In this document: in pieces, positions 19,175-30,800 of the stretch
Layout: each line of letters begins with the position of its first letter
How positions within the stretch are numbered: position 1 is the stretch's first letter
Position numbers and translations under genes: made by a program
NCBI RefSeq assembly: GCF_030684315.1
Contig: NC_081393.1
Span: 2,194,281-2,238,263 of the forward strand
Source: Stegostoma tigrinum
Lineage: Eukaryota
Reading direction: 5' to 3'
DNA: 43,983 bases
Notes under the pieces: model-generated
The model's database searches: none
Told to the model about the DNA's origin: nothing
The model's input: the letters and a program-made list of their open reading frames with translations, nothing else

Positions 19175-22100
19175 GTGAGTTACACCCGTTTCTCCCCTCT
19201 TATCCACCCCCCCCCCGCGACACACACACAGTAATCTCTGTTCACATCTTCCCCAGTCTCCCCCTTCCCTACAACACACACACACTGGTGTCTCTCCCAC
19301 TCCCTCTCTGTGCGGATCACCCCCGCTCAGACCCCTGCTTCTCAGCTGGTGTGAAACAGCCACCTCCGACCAGACCCTCCACCCCCCCCCACCGACCCTG
19401 CTCCGGCTCAGCTCGAATGGAAGGACAGCATCCGTTTACGGGTGAGATAACATGGTGTGGAGCTGGATGAACACAGCCGGCCAAGCAGCTTCAGAGGAGC
19501 AGGAAGGCTGATGTTTCGGGCCGAGACCCTTCGTTTTTGTTTCCGAACCAGTGTTCGGGATCGGTTGCTCCCCTCCATTTGAGAGCATGGTGGGACGGGC
19601 GTGGGGACTTGCTGTGCTCAAACTGACCCTTGCAGTGCCCGCGAATATTCCGGGACAGAACATTTATCACATCGAAGCTGCTTCTGCTAAACTGGCTCCT
19701 GCTACATAACCTCTCGTGCATGGTGTGTGGCATTAACGGACGTGGACACTCTTTTCAGTCTTACTGGGTTCAATGATTTTTCAAGGCAGAATCTTGTTTG
19801 TTACATGTTGGTGTGGAAGGCAAGTATTTACCCATCCGTCTTTACCCTGACAACATTTCTTGCCTCACTGCAAGCCACATACCTCTCCAGGAATTTCCAA
19901 TCGTTAAAATGTCTTGAGTGTGGCGTTGAACTGCAGAAGGAACCATCAGGACAGGTGACCAAAAGTACAGTCAGAAGTACATTTTGTAGTGTCCCCTTAA
20001 AGGACAGCTGTCTGCATCTGAATGTAATGATCATAGGAGAATACAGGTCAATAGTAAAGGAGTGCAGAAATCCTGCAGTTGCAACCTTCAAGAGATTATT
20101 TTTTAATACTCCGTTTGTGGGATGTGGGTGTTGCCAGTTTCTGGTTGCTTTGTTCAGTCACTACAGTCTACCTGCTGTAGGTTGACCCACAGTGCTATGA
20201 GAGAGGAAAGATAGTACACACCGCTACAACTGAGCGTCAGTGGTGGAGGGCGTGGGTGCTTATGGATGTCGTGCCAGTCAAGCGGGCTGCTTTGTCCTGG
20301 GAGGTGTTCAGCTTCTTGAGTGATGTTGGGGCTGCAGTCATCCAGGCATGTGGAGTATTCCATAACGCTCCTGACTTGTGCCTTGTCAATGGTGGACAAG
20401 CCTTGAGGAGTCAGCAGGTGAGCTACTTACCGCAGTATTTCTAGCTTCTGGCTGCTCTTGTAGCTACTGCATTTATGTAGTGAGTCCAGCTGAATTTCTG
20501 ATCAATGATAACTCCCAAGATATTAACAGTGGGGGATTCAGTGATGGTAACACCATTTGAATGTCACAGGGCGATGATCAGATTGTCTCTTAAAAGAAGT
20601 GGTTATTGCCGGGTGTTTGTGTGGCACACGTGTCACTTGCCACTTTAGCCAGGGCTCCTTGATGTCACACTTGTTCAAAGGCTGCCTTGATAACAAGGGC
20701 TGTCACTCATCTTACTTCTGGTATTCACGTCTTTTTGTCAATGTTTGACTCAAGGTTGCAATGAGATCAGGAGCGAAGTTTGGGTTCCGCCAGGGCTACT
20801 AAGTGTCACTGAGCAGGTGCTGCTTGCCAGCACTATCTATCACTTTACTGATGATTGGGGGTAGACTGAAGGGGCGGTAACTGGCTGGGATGGATTTGTC
20901 CTGCTTTTTATGCACAGATTAGTGTTAAGGAAGAGAGGAAAAAGAGTGAAAATGGAAGATTTTAAAACCCAAGGACACAGGCAGCATTACAGGGCAAGTC
21001 AGCAAGCATGGGTTGGCAGGCTATAACCATGAGATTTGACTGAGCTGAGCTGTATGGAAATTAAGATGGGAGGCCACTAGGAAACACATAGTGGAGCTCA
21101 GAGGTAGGAAAGACATGGACTTAGGGTTTGACCAGCAGATAGACTGGCACAACTGTGACACCACATGATGTTTCAAAGCTCGTAAAGAGATGAACTGTTC
21201 TCACTTTGGTCAATTTCCATGAGAATGCTGATCCAACAATGGAGGACTGACAAGAGATATCCAAGCCAGGACTGATTGGTGAGATAAAATTGAGGGGTAT
21301 AGATCAAGTTATTGTCTTTTACCTAGTTTGGAGGATTTCAAGAGGGCACATTGTTAAAGTGGGAGATTTTTAAAAAAAGACATAGGGGCAAATCTTTTAC
21401 CCACAGGAAAGTTCCTTTGTGGAATGTAGTTACTGAGGAACAGGTGGATGCAAGCAGTAACAAAATCTAAAAGACACTTTGGTTAGTTACGAGTGGAAAA
21501 AGTTTGTGGGCCAGGAGCAGGCAGGAGGGATGAGTTTAATTTGCGATTATGTTCAGCATGGACTGGTTGCATCGAACGGTTTGTGTGCATGCTGTGTGAC
21601 TCTGAATGATGATCTTAGAACATTGCTGTGCTTTTCATTATTGGTTCCGTCACATCATCAAAACAAAGACCCAAGCCCTTGTCCAAGTTGGTGTGAAAGA
21701 TCCCAGGGCAATTTTAAGACAAACAGGTAACTCTGTTGCCTGACCAGTATTGAGTCCTCAGCCAACAGTACATGCAACCAAAGTAGCATTTATTTAATTT
21801 CCGTTTGAGCGCTGCACAAACTTGACCTCCATCCCATCCAAAATATTTAACGGGTGTTCAACTGCTGGGGACATCTTGAAGCAACAAGAGCAACCTCAGA
21901 AATGCAAGGTAGTACAGACATGCCAGTTTATCCAGAGCTGCAAACACCAATTTCTTCTATTTCTATTGTGACTAACTTGTGTGTGTCCAAGTGTTTTTTG
22001 GACAGCTGTTGATTTAATTGCTGATGACTCCTGTCACTATCTCAGAATCCAGACTGTAAACAAGTAATATGCAGCGAAATTGCTTTGGAAAAAAGAGTTG

Positions 22101-25100
22101 GAAGTTGGTGTCTGGGTATCATTAAGGTTGGACCTGTTAACACAAGCTGATTGCTGACTGTTTATGCTTCCTGACAGAACGCTGGTGAGTTGATGTCTGT
22201 GGCACACAGCCTTTCCCAGCCAGCAGATTCCTATGTAAATGATGTGAGTATTTGATTTTGTTTCCTTTGTTCTTGAACAGGAATGAATGTTGCAAAACAA
22301 TGTTGCTCTTGATACAATCATTAATCCTAAGGAACTGTTATGTCCTCATTCTCAGCCTCTTGTTCCTTCAAGGAACTCAATTCCTGTTTTTTGTCAGCTG
22401 TCATCTAGCTGCTGAGCATGTTGTGTCAAAGTCTGTACTATTTATTCATGCTTGGCATTTGAGATCACTGCCCATTTCATGGAGTCCTTGAGTGCTATGC
22501 GGTGGTGAGTCACTTTCTCAGCAAGTGGCAATGTGAATGGGGTTGTGACAAACACAATATTCCAGGACTTGGCCCCAGTAACTGTGAAGAGGTAGTGATA
22601 GCTGCCTGTCAGGATGGTACATAATTTGAACGGATAGTGGAAGGTGTTGGTGGTGTTGCCAGGTGTCTGCTGTCCTTGGTCCTTTTGAGGTGGTAAAGGT
22701 TGCAAGTTTGGAAAAAGCTGAGGAAATCGTGGCCAGATGCTGCAGTGTAGCTTGTAGATAGCACACACTGCTGCCATTGTGTGAGCGTGGTGGTGGGATG
22801 AAGAGAACGTGTGAACTGGTGGGTGCAACAACTCCTAATCTTGATCATGGACAGATGGTGTAGGACTGAAGGTTTGGAATCACTCTATTCACCAGTCTTC
22901 TTATCACGTCAATTTGCCAATATTTATCCTCTAATGAAATTCATGAGAAGCAATTACTTAGATACAATCACAGTCAACAGTTTTTTACACAAACAGCAAA
23001 TTTCAGTAATACTTTATGAACCTGTTCTCTAACTATGCTGAGAGCCAGTTGATCAAACTGTGAACTACTTGCACACAGCCTGATGAATTTTCTCAATTGA
23101 GAAGCTCTCTGCTAAAGCAGAAGTTGCCTTATAGCGACAGATAAAAGCTCTGTCTAAAAGATGTGGCATTGCAGTTCTGAGTCAAAGTGATCGAACTGTT
23201 TCCAATACAACAAAAAGTAGACATTGTCACCCAATATCAGAGTTGCTGATTTTCTTCCCAAAAATATCTTTTGTCTAAATAGATGTGGAGAAGAAACTGG
23301 AAGCATGTTCTAGGCATTAGAATTCAAGTGAAAATAATTAATGCTGGAAATAGCAGGTCTTGGAGCATAGAGTACAGACAAATCAACAGTTCAGTTTAAA
23401 GATCTTTGCATCAAACTGGTGAACAGTTACTTAGTTTTTCTCTTTATATCAGCTTGTTTGCATTTGTGGTATTTTGTATTTTGGACCAAGGAGGTGAAAT
23501 AACGTATGCTCCACAGGAAACATTTTCTCCCAGAGCACAAATAGCATGAGATTCATCGGAGATGTTTGAAATCTTGCTGACCTTTAGTCTGTGAACAAAG
23601 TTGTTCATCATTAGAAACCAACACCAAGAAAGACAGACACTGACAACTGTTACACAGGCTGCAAACAAATAAGTAAACAAAAGAGCTGAAAGGCAAGGTT
23701 CATCCCAGGCTACAGGAGAATGTAGCTCAAGGAAGGCAGATGTACTTGAAAATGAGAAGAACATCTTGTGTTTCTGATGTAAAAAGTGTCTTCTCAGGAA
23801 GCAAGCTTAGAATGTTTGAACTCGGGCCAACTTCCTTGTAGCTGTGGGACTACAGAATCATAAACGTTTGGGACAGTCCCAGTTGCTTGCATTTCTTGAC
23901 GTTTCTCCAGGTGTTTGCTGGTGCACCTCTCTAAACTAGCAATTCAATCAGGCTGCTCAACCCTCTCAAGCAAAGTATGCAAAATTCCTTTGCACTACTC
24001 TGGATTTTTTCCACGTAAAAATCCACCACAACTCAGCTGTGGTTGTTAAAAACCTATATTGTAAGTTGATAGTGTTTTGCCATAACATTTATGTTTAATG
24101 TACCCCTTAATTTAGTGTTACATCATTCTGCCTATTGTTTTTCAGCCAAACCTTGAAATGATGTGGGCTATGAAAGCGTATCAACACGCTGAGATTTATT
24201 TCAACGTAAGTACAAATCTTTGCAATATTCTTTTAAGGGATGGTTGTTTTTCGTTCATTGCCAGGCATTTGGATGAGTAATCAAAGTAGAAAATAAAAAG
24301 TCATGGTCAAGATGACACAGTGAAATTAGATTTTCATTCATGCTGGTGCAGATGAGCACTTCATCCATTAGATAAAGTACTCTCACCGACATGAACATGT
24401 CATGATGAAATTTAATGATTAGCTTGCTTTCAAAGCCAAAGCTGAGATCAAATACAACATTTAAAAATAACTTTTCATAGGCCATTATGCTTACTGGAAT
24501 TAGCAAGAGTCTAACTTACTTGTCAAAAAGGCCCCAGACTCCACAATATGCTTCCTGCAAGGTTCATGAATGGATTGATCTCATGCGGTGGTACTGAGGC
24601 TTTAGAAACCTACTTAACTTTGTTAAAGTTGGGGAAATTTGACAGTTCAGCAATTGTTTGAAAGGTGGAACCGACATTTCTTGGAATAAACCTTGAGTTG
24701 CCAGCTGCCACAATTCCCAGGTCAAGCAAAATGGCATCACTTGTCATTGCCTGACACAGGTTTACTTGAAGTCAGAGCAGCACAATCTGGTTGGGTTGAG
24801 GTTGGGATTCTCCTGAGTACTTGTAGTGAATTGTGCTGAGTACATGGATAATTGCAGAAAGGCTTGTCTATCACAGAACGGGTCAATATTATGGCAGCCT
24901 GAGAAACACTTCAGTATTTGCACTTGCTCTGTGAAAGTCCGATTTGGACTCAGGAAAGCTCCATCTCTTTAGCAGTGATGTTCGGAATGTGAAGGGTGTG
25001 TGACAATGTGGTTGTAATAAATAAGGCAGGGGTAGAGATCCATCTATTTTCCAGGCAGGGTGGCTGTCCATTGTAACTAAAATTCAGGGTATTTTGGGCT

Positions 25101-26193
25101 TTCTAATGGCAATAGTAACAGGTTGTTGAATTAGAATCCAGCAACCTGTGGTGTACAGTACCAAGAATTTCAGTAGGCAATAGAGTAATTGTAGAGGAGC
25201 CTGCGACACAAAAATCGTTTAGTGGGAGTGTAGGGCAATGTTTGTCATTCTAGGGGGTTCCCTACAACTGTCAATCTTAAAAGGCAATGACCTGAGTGTG
25301 AAGAGAGAACTAAGAGGTCCAAATCTGTGTCATAACTGCAAGTTTTTCATAGAGTCTCTTGATATGAAAGCACCTGATCTGATGACAGTGTGAGGTTTAT
25401 TTCACATTATTGCCATGAATACAAAAACCACTCATTGTGACTCACGGTACACCTGCTTCCTTCCAAAGCTCATCTGTTCAGTTGACCCAAAATTTCTTAA
25501 ACTGACCAGAGAAGATGATCAAATTTACACTGAGTTCAGGAAGCAGTTCAGGGACATGAAAATCGACATACTGGATCCAGAAAAGTTAAAGTCAGAAGCG
25601 GCCAAACTTGTGAGTTCCTTTGTTTATTGTCCTTGTTGCCATGTCATTGGCTGCTCAATTCCACACGGTCAGAAGGAAACCCGGGGCAGGTCTTTCTCTA
25701 ATGCACTTTCTCTCCTCTTGCAGCAATGGCGCCCATTCTGTCTGCAGTTCGAAACACTGATTGAAGACTTTAACTATGGCACACTGCTGCGGCTGGACTG
25801 CTCGAAAGATTACGTGGAGGAAAACACAATATTTGGTGAGTTATGATGGAAGGAGGTGGGGGAAGAGAAATGGGGTTCGGTGGCAGCGGAGGGGGGGGGG
25901 AGATGAACGGGTCAAGAAAAGCTATGGAATTGCAAAAAAGAAAGCATGAAAATATCGTTTGTTACGGAATTCTAATGTGGCTTTTCAATTCCCTCTTTCC
26001 CCACACAGCTACCAGGATCCAATTCTTTGCCATAGAAATAGCCCGGAATCGGGAGGGCTATAACACCGTGGTGTATGAAAGATCAACAAAAGCGAAGGCT
26101 GTTAATGTTGATGACAAGATCACTGAAGTCTCCACTAAGCTTGAGGAACCACTGGACCAGCCAGCAATGCCAGCAAACACTGCACATTCATAG
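19154..26193 (+). CDS. PBDC1: Polysaccharide biosynthesis domain-containing protein 1, 6 coding exons, 194 aa
   Basis: Exons 19154-19174, 22178-22243, 24146-24205, 25469-25609, 25724-25835 and 26009-26193 join in frame (585 bp with stop). Hallmark motifs WRPFC, EDFNYGTLLRLD and RIQFFAIEIARNREG are present. Confidence 0.95.
19445..19532 (-). mobile_element. Penelope-type short repeat fragment
   Basis: gagataacatggtgtggagctggatgaacacagc...gtttcgggccgagacccttc; same family as 3213-3431. Confidence 0.7.
20095..20910 (-). mobile_element. CR1/L2-clade LINE fragment, degenerate
   Basis: Minus-strand ORF 20154-20399 has KAQVRSVMEYS, a C-terminal LINE ORF2 motif. Related 3' sequence lies at 22470-22830. 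Confidence 0.7.
21285..21610 (+). mobile_element. CR1 LINE 3' remnant
   Basis: aaaattgaggggtatagat...agagggcaca...cagcatggactggttg...tgctgtgtgactct. Confidence 0.55.
22178..22243 (+). CDS. PBDC1: PBDC1 exon 2 (NAGELMSVAHSLSQPADSYVND)
   Basis: ctgacag| ... GAT|GTGAGT; 66 bp. Matches human GELVSVAHALSLPAESYGND. Confidence 0.92.
22470..22830 (-). mobile_element. LINE 3' remnant, same family as 20095-20910
   Basis: ggtggtgagtcactttc...gatgctgcagtgtagcttgtagatagcacacactgctgcc. Confidence 0.55.
24146..24205 (+). CDS. PBDC1: PBDC1 exon 3 (PNLEMMWAMKAYQHAEIYFN)
   Basis: tttcag| ... AAC|GTAAGT; 60 bp. Confidence 0.95.
25469..25609 (+). CDS. PBDC1: PBDC1 exon 4 (LICSVDPKFLKLT...LKSEAAKL)
   Basis: ttccaaag| ... 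CTT|GTGAGT; 141 bp. Confidence 0.95.
25724..25835 (+). CDS. PBDC1: PBDC1 exon 5 (QWRPFC...EENTIF)
   Basis: ttgcag| ... TTTG|GTGAGT; 112 bp. Confidence 0.96.
26009..26193 (+). CDS. PBDC1: PBDC1 last coding exon (ATRIQFFAIEIARNREG...TAHS*)
   Basis: cacacag| acceptor; TAG at 26191-26193. Confidence 0.95.
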
Positions 26194-26918
26194 CAGATTG
26201 GAGGAACGCAAGGGAATAGCTGCATCTTATTCTGTTGCTTGTCAGGAACTGGGACTGCTCCAGCTCTCAGAATTTAATCCAGAGCTCTGTGTTTGAAAGT
26301 TTCAGTTCAAAACCAGACACAAGTGCTCTCAGTCCAGTTGGAGGCAACTGGAGAACTCAGTCTCTTCTTTAAAACAATTCTGGGTTACGTTACCAAGTTA
26401 CTCAACAGGTACTGGAAAGACAACGTCATCAACTTTGAACTCCTATCTAATGTCACACATGTAAAGGCATCCTGTGGAATGCAAGAGGCAGATGAACACA
26501 AATTGGGCCACACCACACAGCTATTAATATCATTTCACATTTTAGAAAAGCAAGGACAGAGAAAGATGGGCTGGGAGGGGAGAGGAGAAAGGGCAGGGAG
26601 ACCCAGAGAGAGGGGGTAGGTGGGGAAACAAGTAATGTGAGGGGAGGGGATAAACAGGCAATTGGAGTACAGGATTGCTTTGTATTTACAGAACTGTGTT
26701 TTGGCAGTGCTTTCCATGCAATCCAAAGATCTCCTAAAATGTGAATACCCAAGGAAAGGCAAGCCTGGGGAGCAAGGAGGAAAAGCTAAGAGAAGGTTTA
26801 AGAACAGGGGGTTGGGAGTGGGTAATGGCAGAGGGATCTTGCCCAATCCTTTAGACATTAGCTTTTCTTCTGCATACTTGAACCACGGGAGACTCCTTTC
26901 TGTACAAACCATTGACAG

Positions 26919-26924
26919 TTTATT
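26919..26924 (-). terminator. Candidate XPO7 polyadenylation signal
   Basis: TTTATT on + (AATAAA on -), about 800 bp after the XPO7 stop. An ATTAAA variant lies at 27384-27389. Confidence 0.4.
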
Positions 26925-27032
26925 CGCAGTCACAATGCTTACACTAGATGCAGCAAACATTCTTACATACCAACCTACCTGATCACGCAGTGATTCAGAA
27001 ATGTTTAGTCAGAACATTCAGTGGAAAGGAAC

Positions 27033-27038
27033 AATAAA
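27033..27038 (+). terminator. Candidate PBDC1 polyadenylation signal
   Basis: First AATAAA I found after the PBDC1 stop, with GT/T-rich sequence downstream. Confidence 0.45.
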
Positions 27039-27723
27039 AATATATAATCCATTGGTTTTCTGTTCCTTGGTGAATATAAACGAGCTGTGCTCAACACATA
27101 ATTAGCAGCAACAGTATCTGTTACCTCTTCTACAGAAATTCCCTAATCACTAGTGGAACAATTGTTGGAAAAATGATGGGACAATTGGAGTGAAATCCAC
27201 GAGCTGGTAAGTTTAGTTTCAGTCCTTATTTGTACAGTTTCAGTCCTGATTATACAGAGCTCTGTATCTAACTAAACTCCCAAAGACATTCCACCCATCT
27301 ACCTGACACCAGCCAAGTCTCTCAACATCACACTTCCAACTCTAAAAATTTCAATCACAACTCTTTCGTTTCTCTCTCTCTCTTTTAATTGATTTCATAT
27401 AAACATTGTTCAAAATGTCTTAAGAAAAAAAATGTACAAGTTTATACAAGGCAGATGAGGGAACGAGAGCACGAAGGCACTCGCTGTCAGGATTCTGTTT
27501 GCTAAAGGGAGGGTCAGTGACAAGTCCTGCAGTCCAATGCCAGGGGAACTGAGAGAGGGGAGGGGAAGTGGGCACTGCCCATTTACCTGAAACCCCTGCG
27601 AGCTGTCCGACTTAACTCTGACCTCAATCCTCCACCACCTCCCCACCCGTGTAACATCAATGTTGCACATCCCTCTCCCAGTGACCCCTTCCAACCATGT
27701 GGGAAGTGAGAGACAGACAGACG

Positions 27724-27817
27724 TCAGCTCATCATGTCGCTGCTGTTGACACCATATGTCGAATTCTTCATCGAGTCGTTCACTTCCCTCCGAAACACAG
27801 AGAGGTTCTGGGTGAAT
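27724..27817 (-). CDS. XPO7: XPO7 last coding exon
   Basis: ttcttag| ... DMMS TGA; 94 bp. Confidence 0.96.
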
Positions 27818-30800
27818 CTAAGAAATGAAAGGAACAGCAAGTTAACACAGACCTCCATCAGCTCCCACACTCCTCTCAACCTGATGTGGACTAAAATACT
27901 GTCCAAGTATACAAAGCAGGTGATAACTGCCAGCTTCACAGCATACGTCAACGATAAACTGTCTCCCGTAAAACAAACAACTCCTTTGGTAGTACCCTAG
28001 TAGAGTACTGCTGGAAAGAATGTGTACCTTTACATAACTCAAAAAAACAATCCTTTGGAGAATTGATGATCCATCCTAACTCTGCCTTTGACAAGTTGGC
28101 ATGTTGGACAGCCTTCTGATGAAGAGACAGAAAGAGGCATTGTCCTCATTTCACCAGTGTTGGCTCCCTACTAGAGTTAACCAGTACATCCCACCCTATT
28201 CTTCTCGACAGCTGTGACATTCTGTTTCTTGTTTAGTCGGGATTCAATTCCCTTTCTCAAGTTATGATTAAATCTATGTCTATGAGCTTTTTAGGGACCA
28301 CGTTCCAGAATCTTGAACCTTCCCAGTGAAGGTACTGTTAACAATGCCAGAATTTCCAGCATTTTGATATAGATGCTAAAGGGAAGTAGTGAAGTACTTG
28401 CAAGTCGGACTGGTGATGTAGCCTTCGCAGATGATAAAGGTCACAGGTTTGGAAAGTGCTGTCAGAAGAGGCTGGCATATTGCTGAAGGTATTATGTAGA
28501 TGTTGCACTAATGAAGGAGTGAATGTATGGTTAAGGCAGTGGCTGCAGTTCAGCCTGTGCTGTATTGATCCAAGTGATACACACGTTCTGGGGGGTGGGT
28601 GGGGGAAGAAAGGTGGCGCCGTGGGTGGTTGGAGGTTGGAGGCCAATCACTCTCCACAGGAGATTGATTCTTTTAGCTGGAACAGGCAATTGATGCCAAA
28701 CTCCTGTACTGGCTCTAGGGCAGATTCATGTCGTCAGGATCAAATATATTCAGACCATTTCAAACATACGACAAGTAACAGCTTCTAGCCCTAAACACAC
28801 AGCAGCAGCATGATTCCCAATATTTATGAAACACAATCAATTCTTCAAATCTCTGTTAACCTTTATCTGCAGCTCCAGCTTTCTCAGTCTCTCCCTGTTC
28901 ACGAAATCTTACGTACCATTCTGGTAAACCTTTGCATTCTCCCAAATGCTTGCTGTGTTCAGCATGCAACAGACTGAACAGCACAACAACAAACAGGACC
29001 TGATTTAATCAAATTCAACAAGCCTTGGACTGAGAAACTGATTTTCTCTTCATGAATCACTGACTTGGTAAAAAGGGGTCTGCAACTTGACTGAGCACAA
29101 ACTCCAGACAGTTCACAGATTTGAGCACTGTGCGGTTCAAGTTATCAAAGACTACCTGTCTCTGTTCTTGGTCAACAGGTTCCGCTCAATTCCTTCCATC
29201 AGATTCTCAAAGCAGAGGTGCATGGCTTGTTGCTTCTCTGGAGGTTGGCTGTTCACAATACTGTTTCTCAAGTCAGCAAAATACTGCAGTGGGTTGGGGA
29301 GAAGAGAGCAAGAAATAAATAAATTCAAAGCAGGATTAGCTGCAGTGACCCAGTCTACATGTAGAGACGATCCTCTTCTGGGATATATAGTCTCACACAT
29401 ACTAGCTACCATCTCCCAGTGTGGAGAGAGACTTTAAAGCACAGTGGGGTGCATCCTGTTCGGAAACATAAGCTTGCGAGTTCAATGCAATCTCCATGAC
29501 TTGAGCATGGTAATATAGGCTGATGATACCAGCGCAATACTCAAGGAGTTCTGCACTGATGGCAGAGTTACTTTAAAAGATGAGATTTGAAACACAGGTG
29601 GAATCAGTCACTATAAATGGAGAGCTGTTCGACTGCAGTAGGCCTTGCTGATGAACGCACGCAGACCGACCTATAAGCAATCAACAAACAGTGGGGAAGG
29701 CCTTCCGATAGCATTGGTGATGGTGGGCCCAGGAGACCAAAGTACATAATACTGCTTGTGCAGATGATGAATGGCTGCCCCAGTGTGGGGTGATTGTGGG
29801 GAAATTTCAGACATCAGGTGGGTTTATTCTGACATTGCTCTGTTAAACAACAGTTGGCCCTCACTCTCAGCAGCGAATCAGGCCCAACAAAGCAAGCATT
29901 TGGTGACAATGATCAGCTGACCCTTCACACGCTATCTGCTTCAATCTGGGTGAAGCTAGTCCAAGTACAGTCACTTCTGAAAGGGTCTGTGAACAGAGAT
30001 TTGAAAACAGTGACTCAGTGGGTCATACTCTTGCCTTTGGGTCAAAAGTCCCAAGCACCAATCCAGGACTTGAATACATCATTTTGATCAATAGTGTCTG
30101 CTTAACACTGAAGAAATGCTGCAGTGATGGCTAGGACGATGACGCTAGATAAAATTAAGATGTTGGCTGCCAGTTCAGGTAGATGTGAAGATCCCACATG
30201 AAGACAAGGAACATCTTCCATCGTCCTTGTGAGGAATCCAACTGCACAAAGCAATTCCCGGTCCTGGGGAGCATTGCCGAACAAGGAGATCTTGAAGGTG
30301 GAGTCACAGGGAGACAGGGTAGTGAGGCAGCATTTGGTACACTCGCCTTTATTGGTCAGTGCATCGAGAAGAGGAGTTGGGAAGTCATGTTGCGGCTGTA
30401 CAGGATATTGGTTAGGCTCCTTCTGGAATGCTGCATTCAGTCCTGGTCTCCCTGCTATAGGAAGGATGTTGTTAAACTTGAAAGGGTGCAGAAAGGATTT
30501 TTAGGGATGTTCCTGAGTTTGGAGGGTTGGAGCTATAGGGAGAGGCTGAATGGGCTGGAGCAATTTTCACTGGAGTGTCAGAGGTTGAGGGGTGACCTTA
30601 TATACGTTTATAAAATCACAAGAGGCATAGATAAGGTGAATGGACAAGGTCTTCTCCCTGGGGTAGGCGAGTCCAAAATTAGAGGGGCACAGGTTTAAGG
30701 TTACAGGGGATAGATTCAAAAAGGACTTGACAGGCAACTTTCTCACCCAGAGGGTGGTACATGTGTAGAATGAGCTGCCAGAGGAAGTGGTGGAGGTTGG

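Noticed and set aside
19417-19447. Alternative PBDC1 start ATG GAA GGA...ACG G|GTGAGA
   Set aside because: Phase 1 is incompatible with phase-0 exon 2, and the apparent donor overlaps the edge of a repeat insertion.
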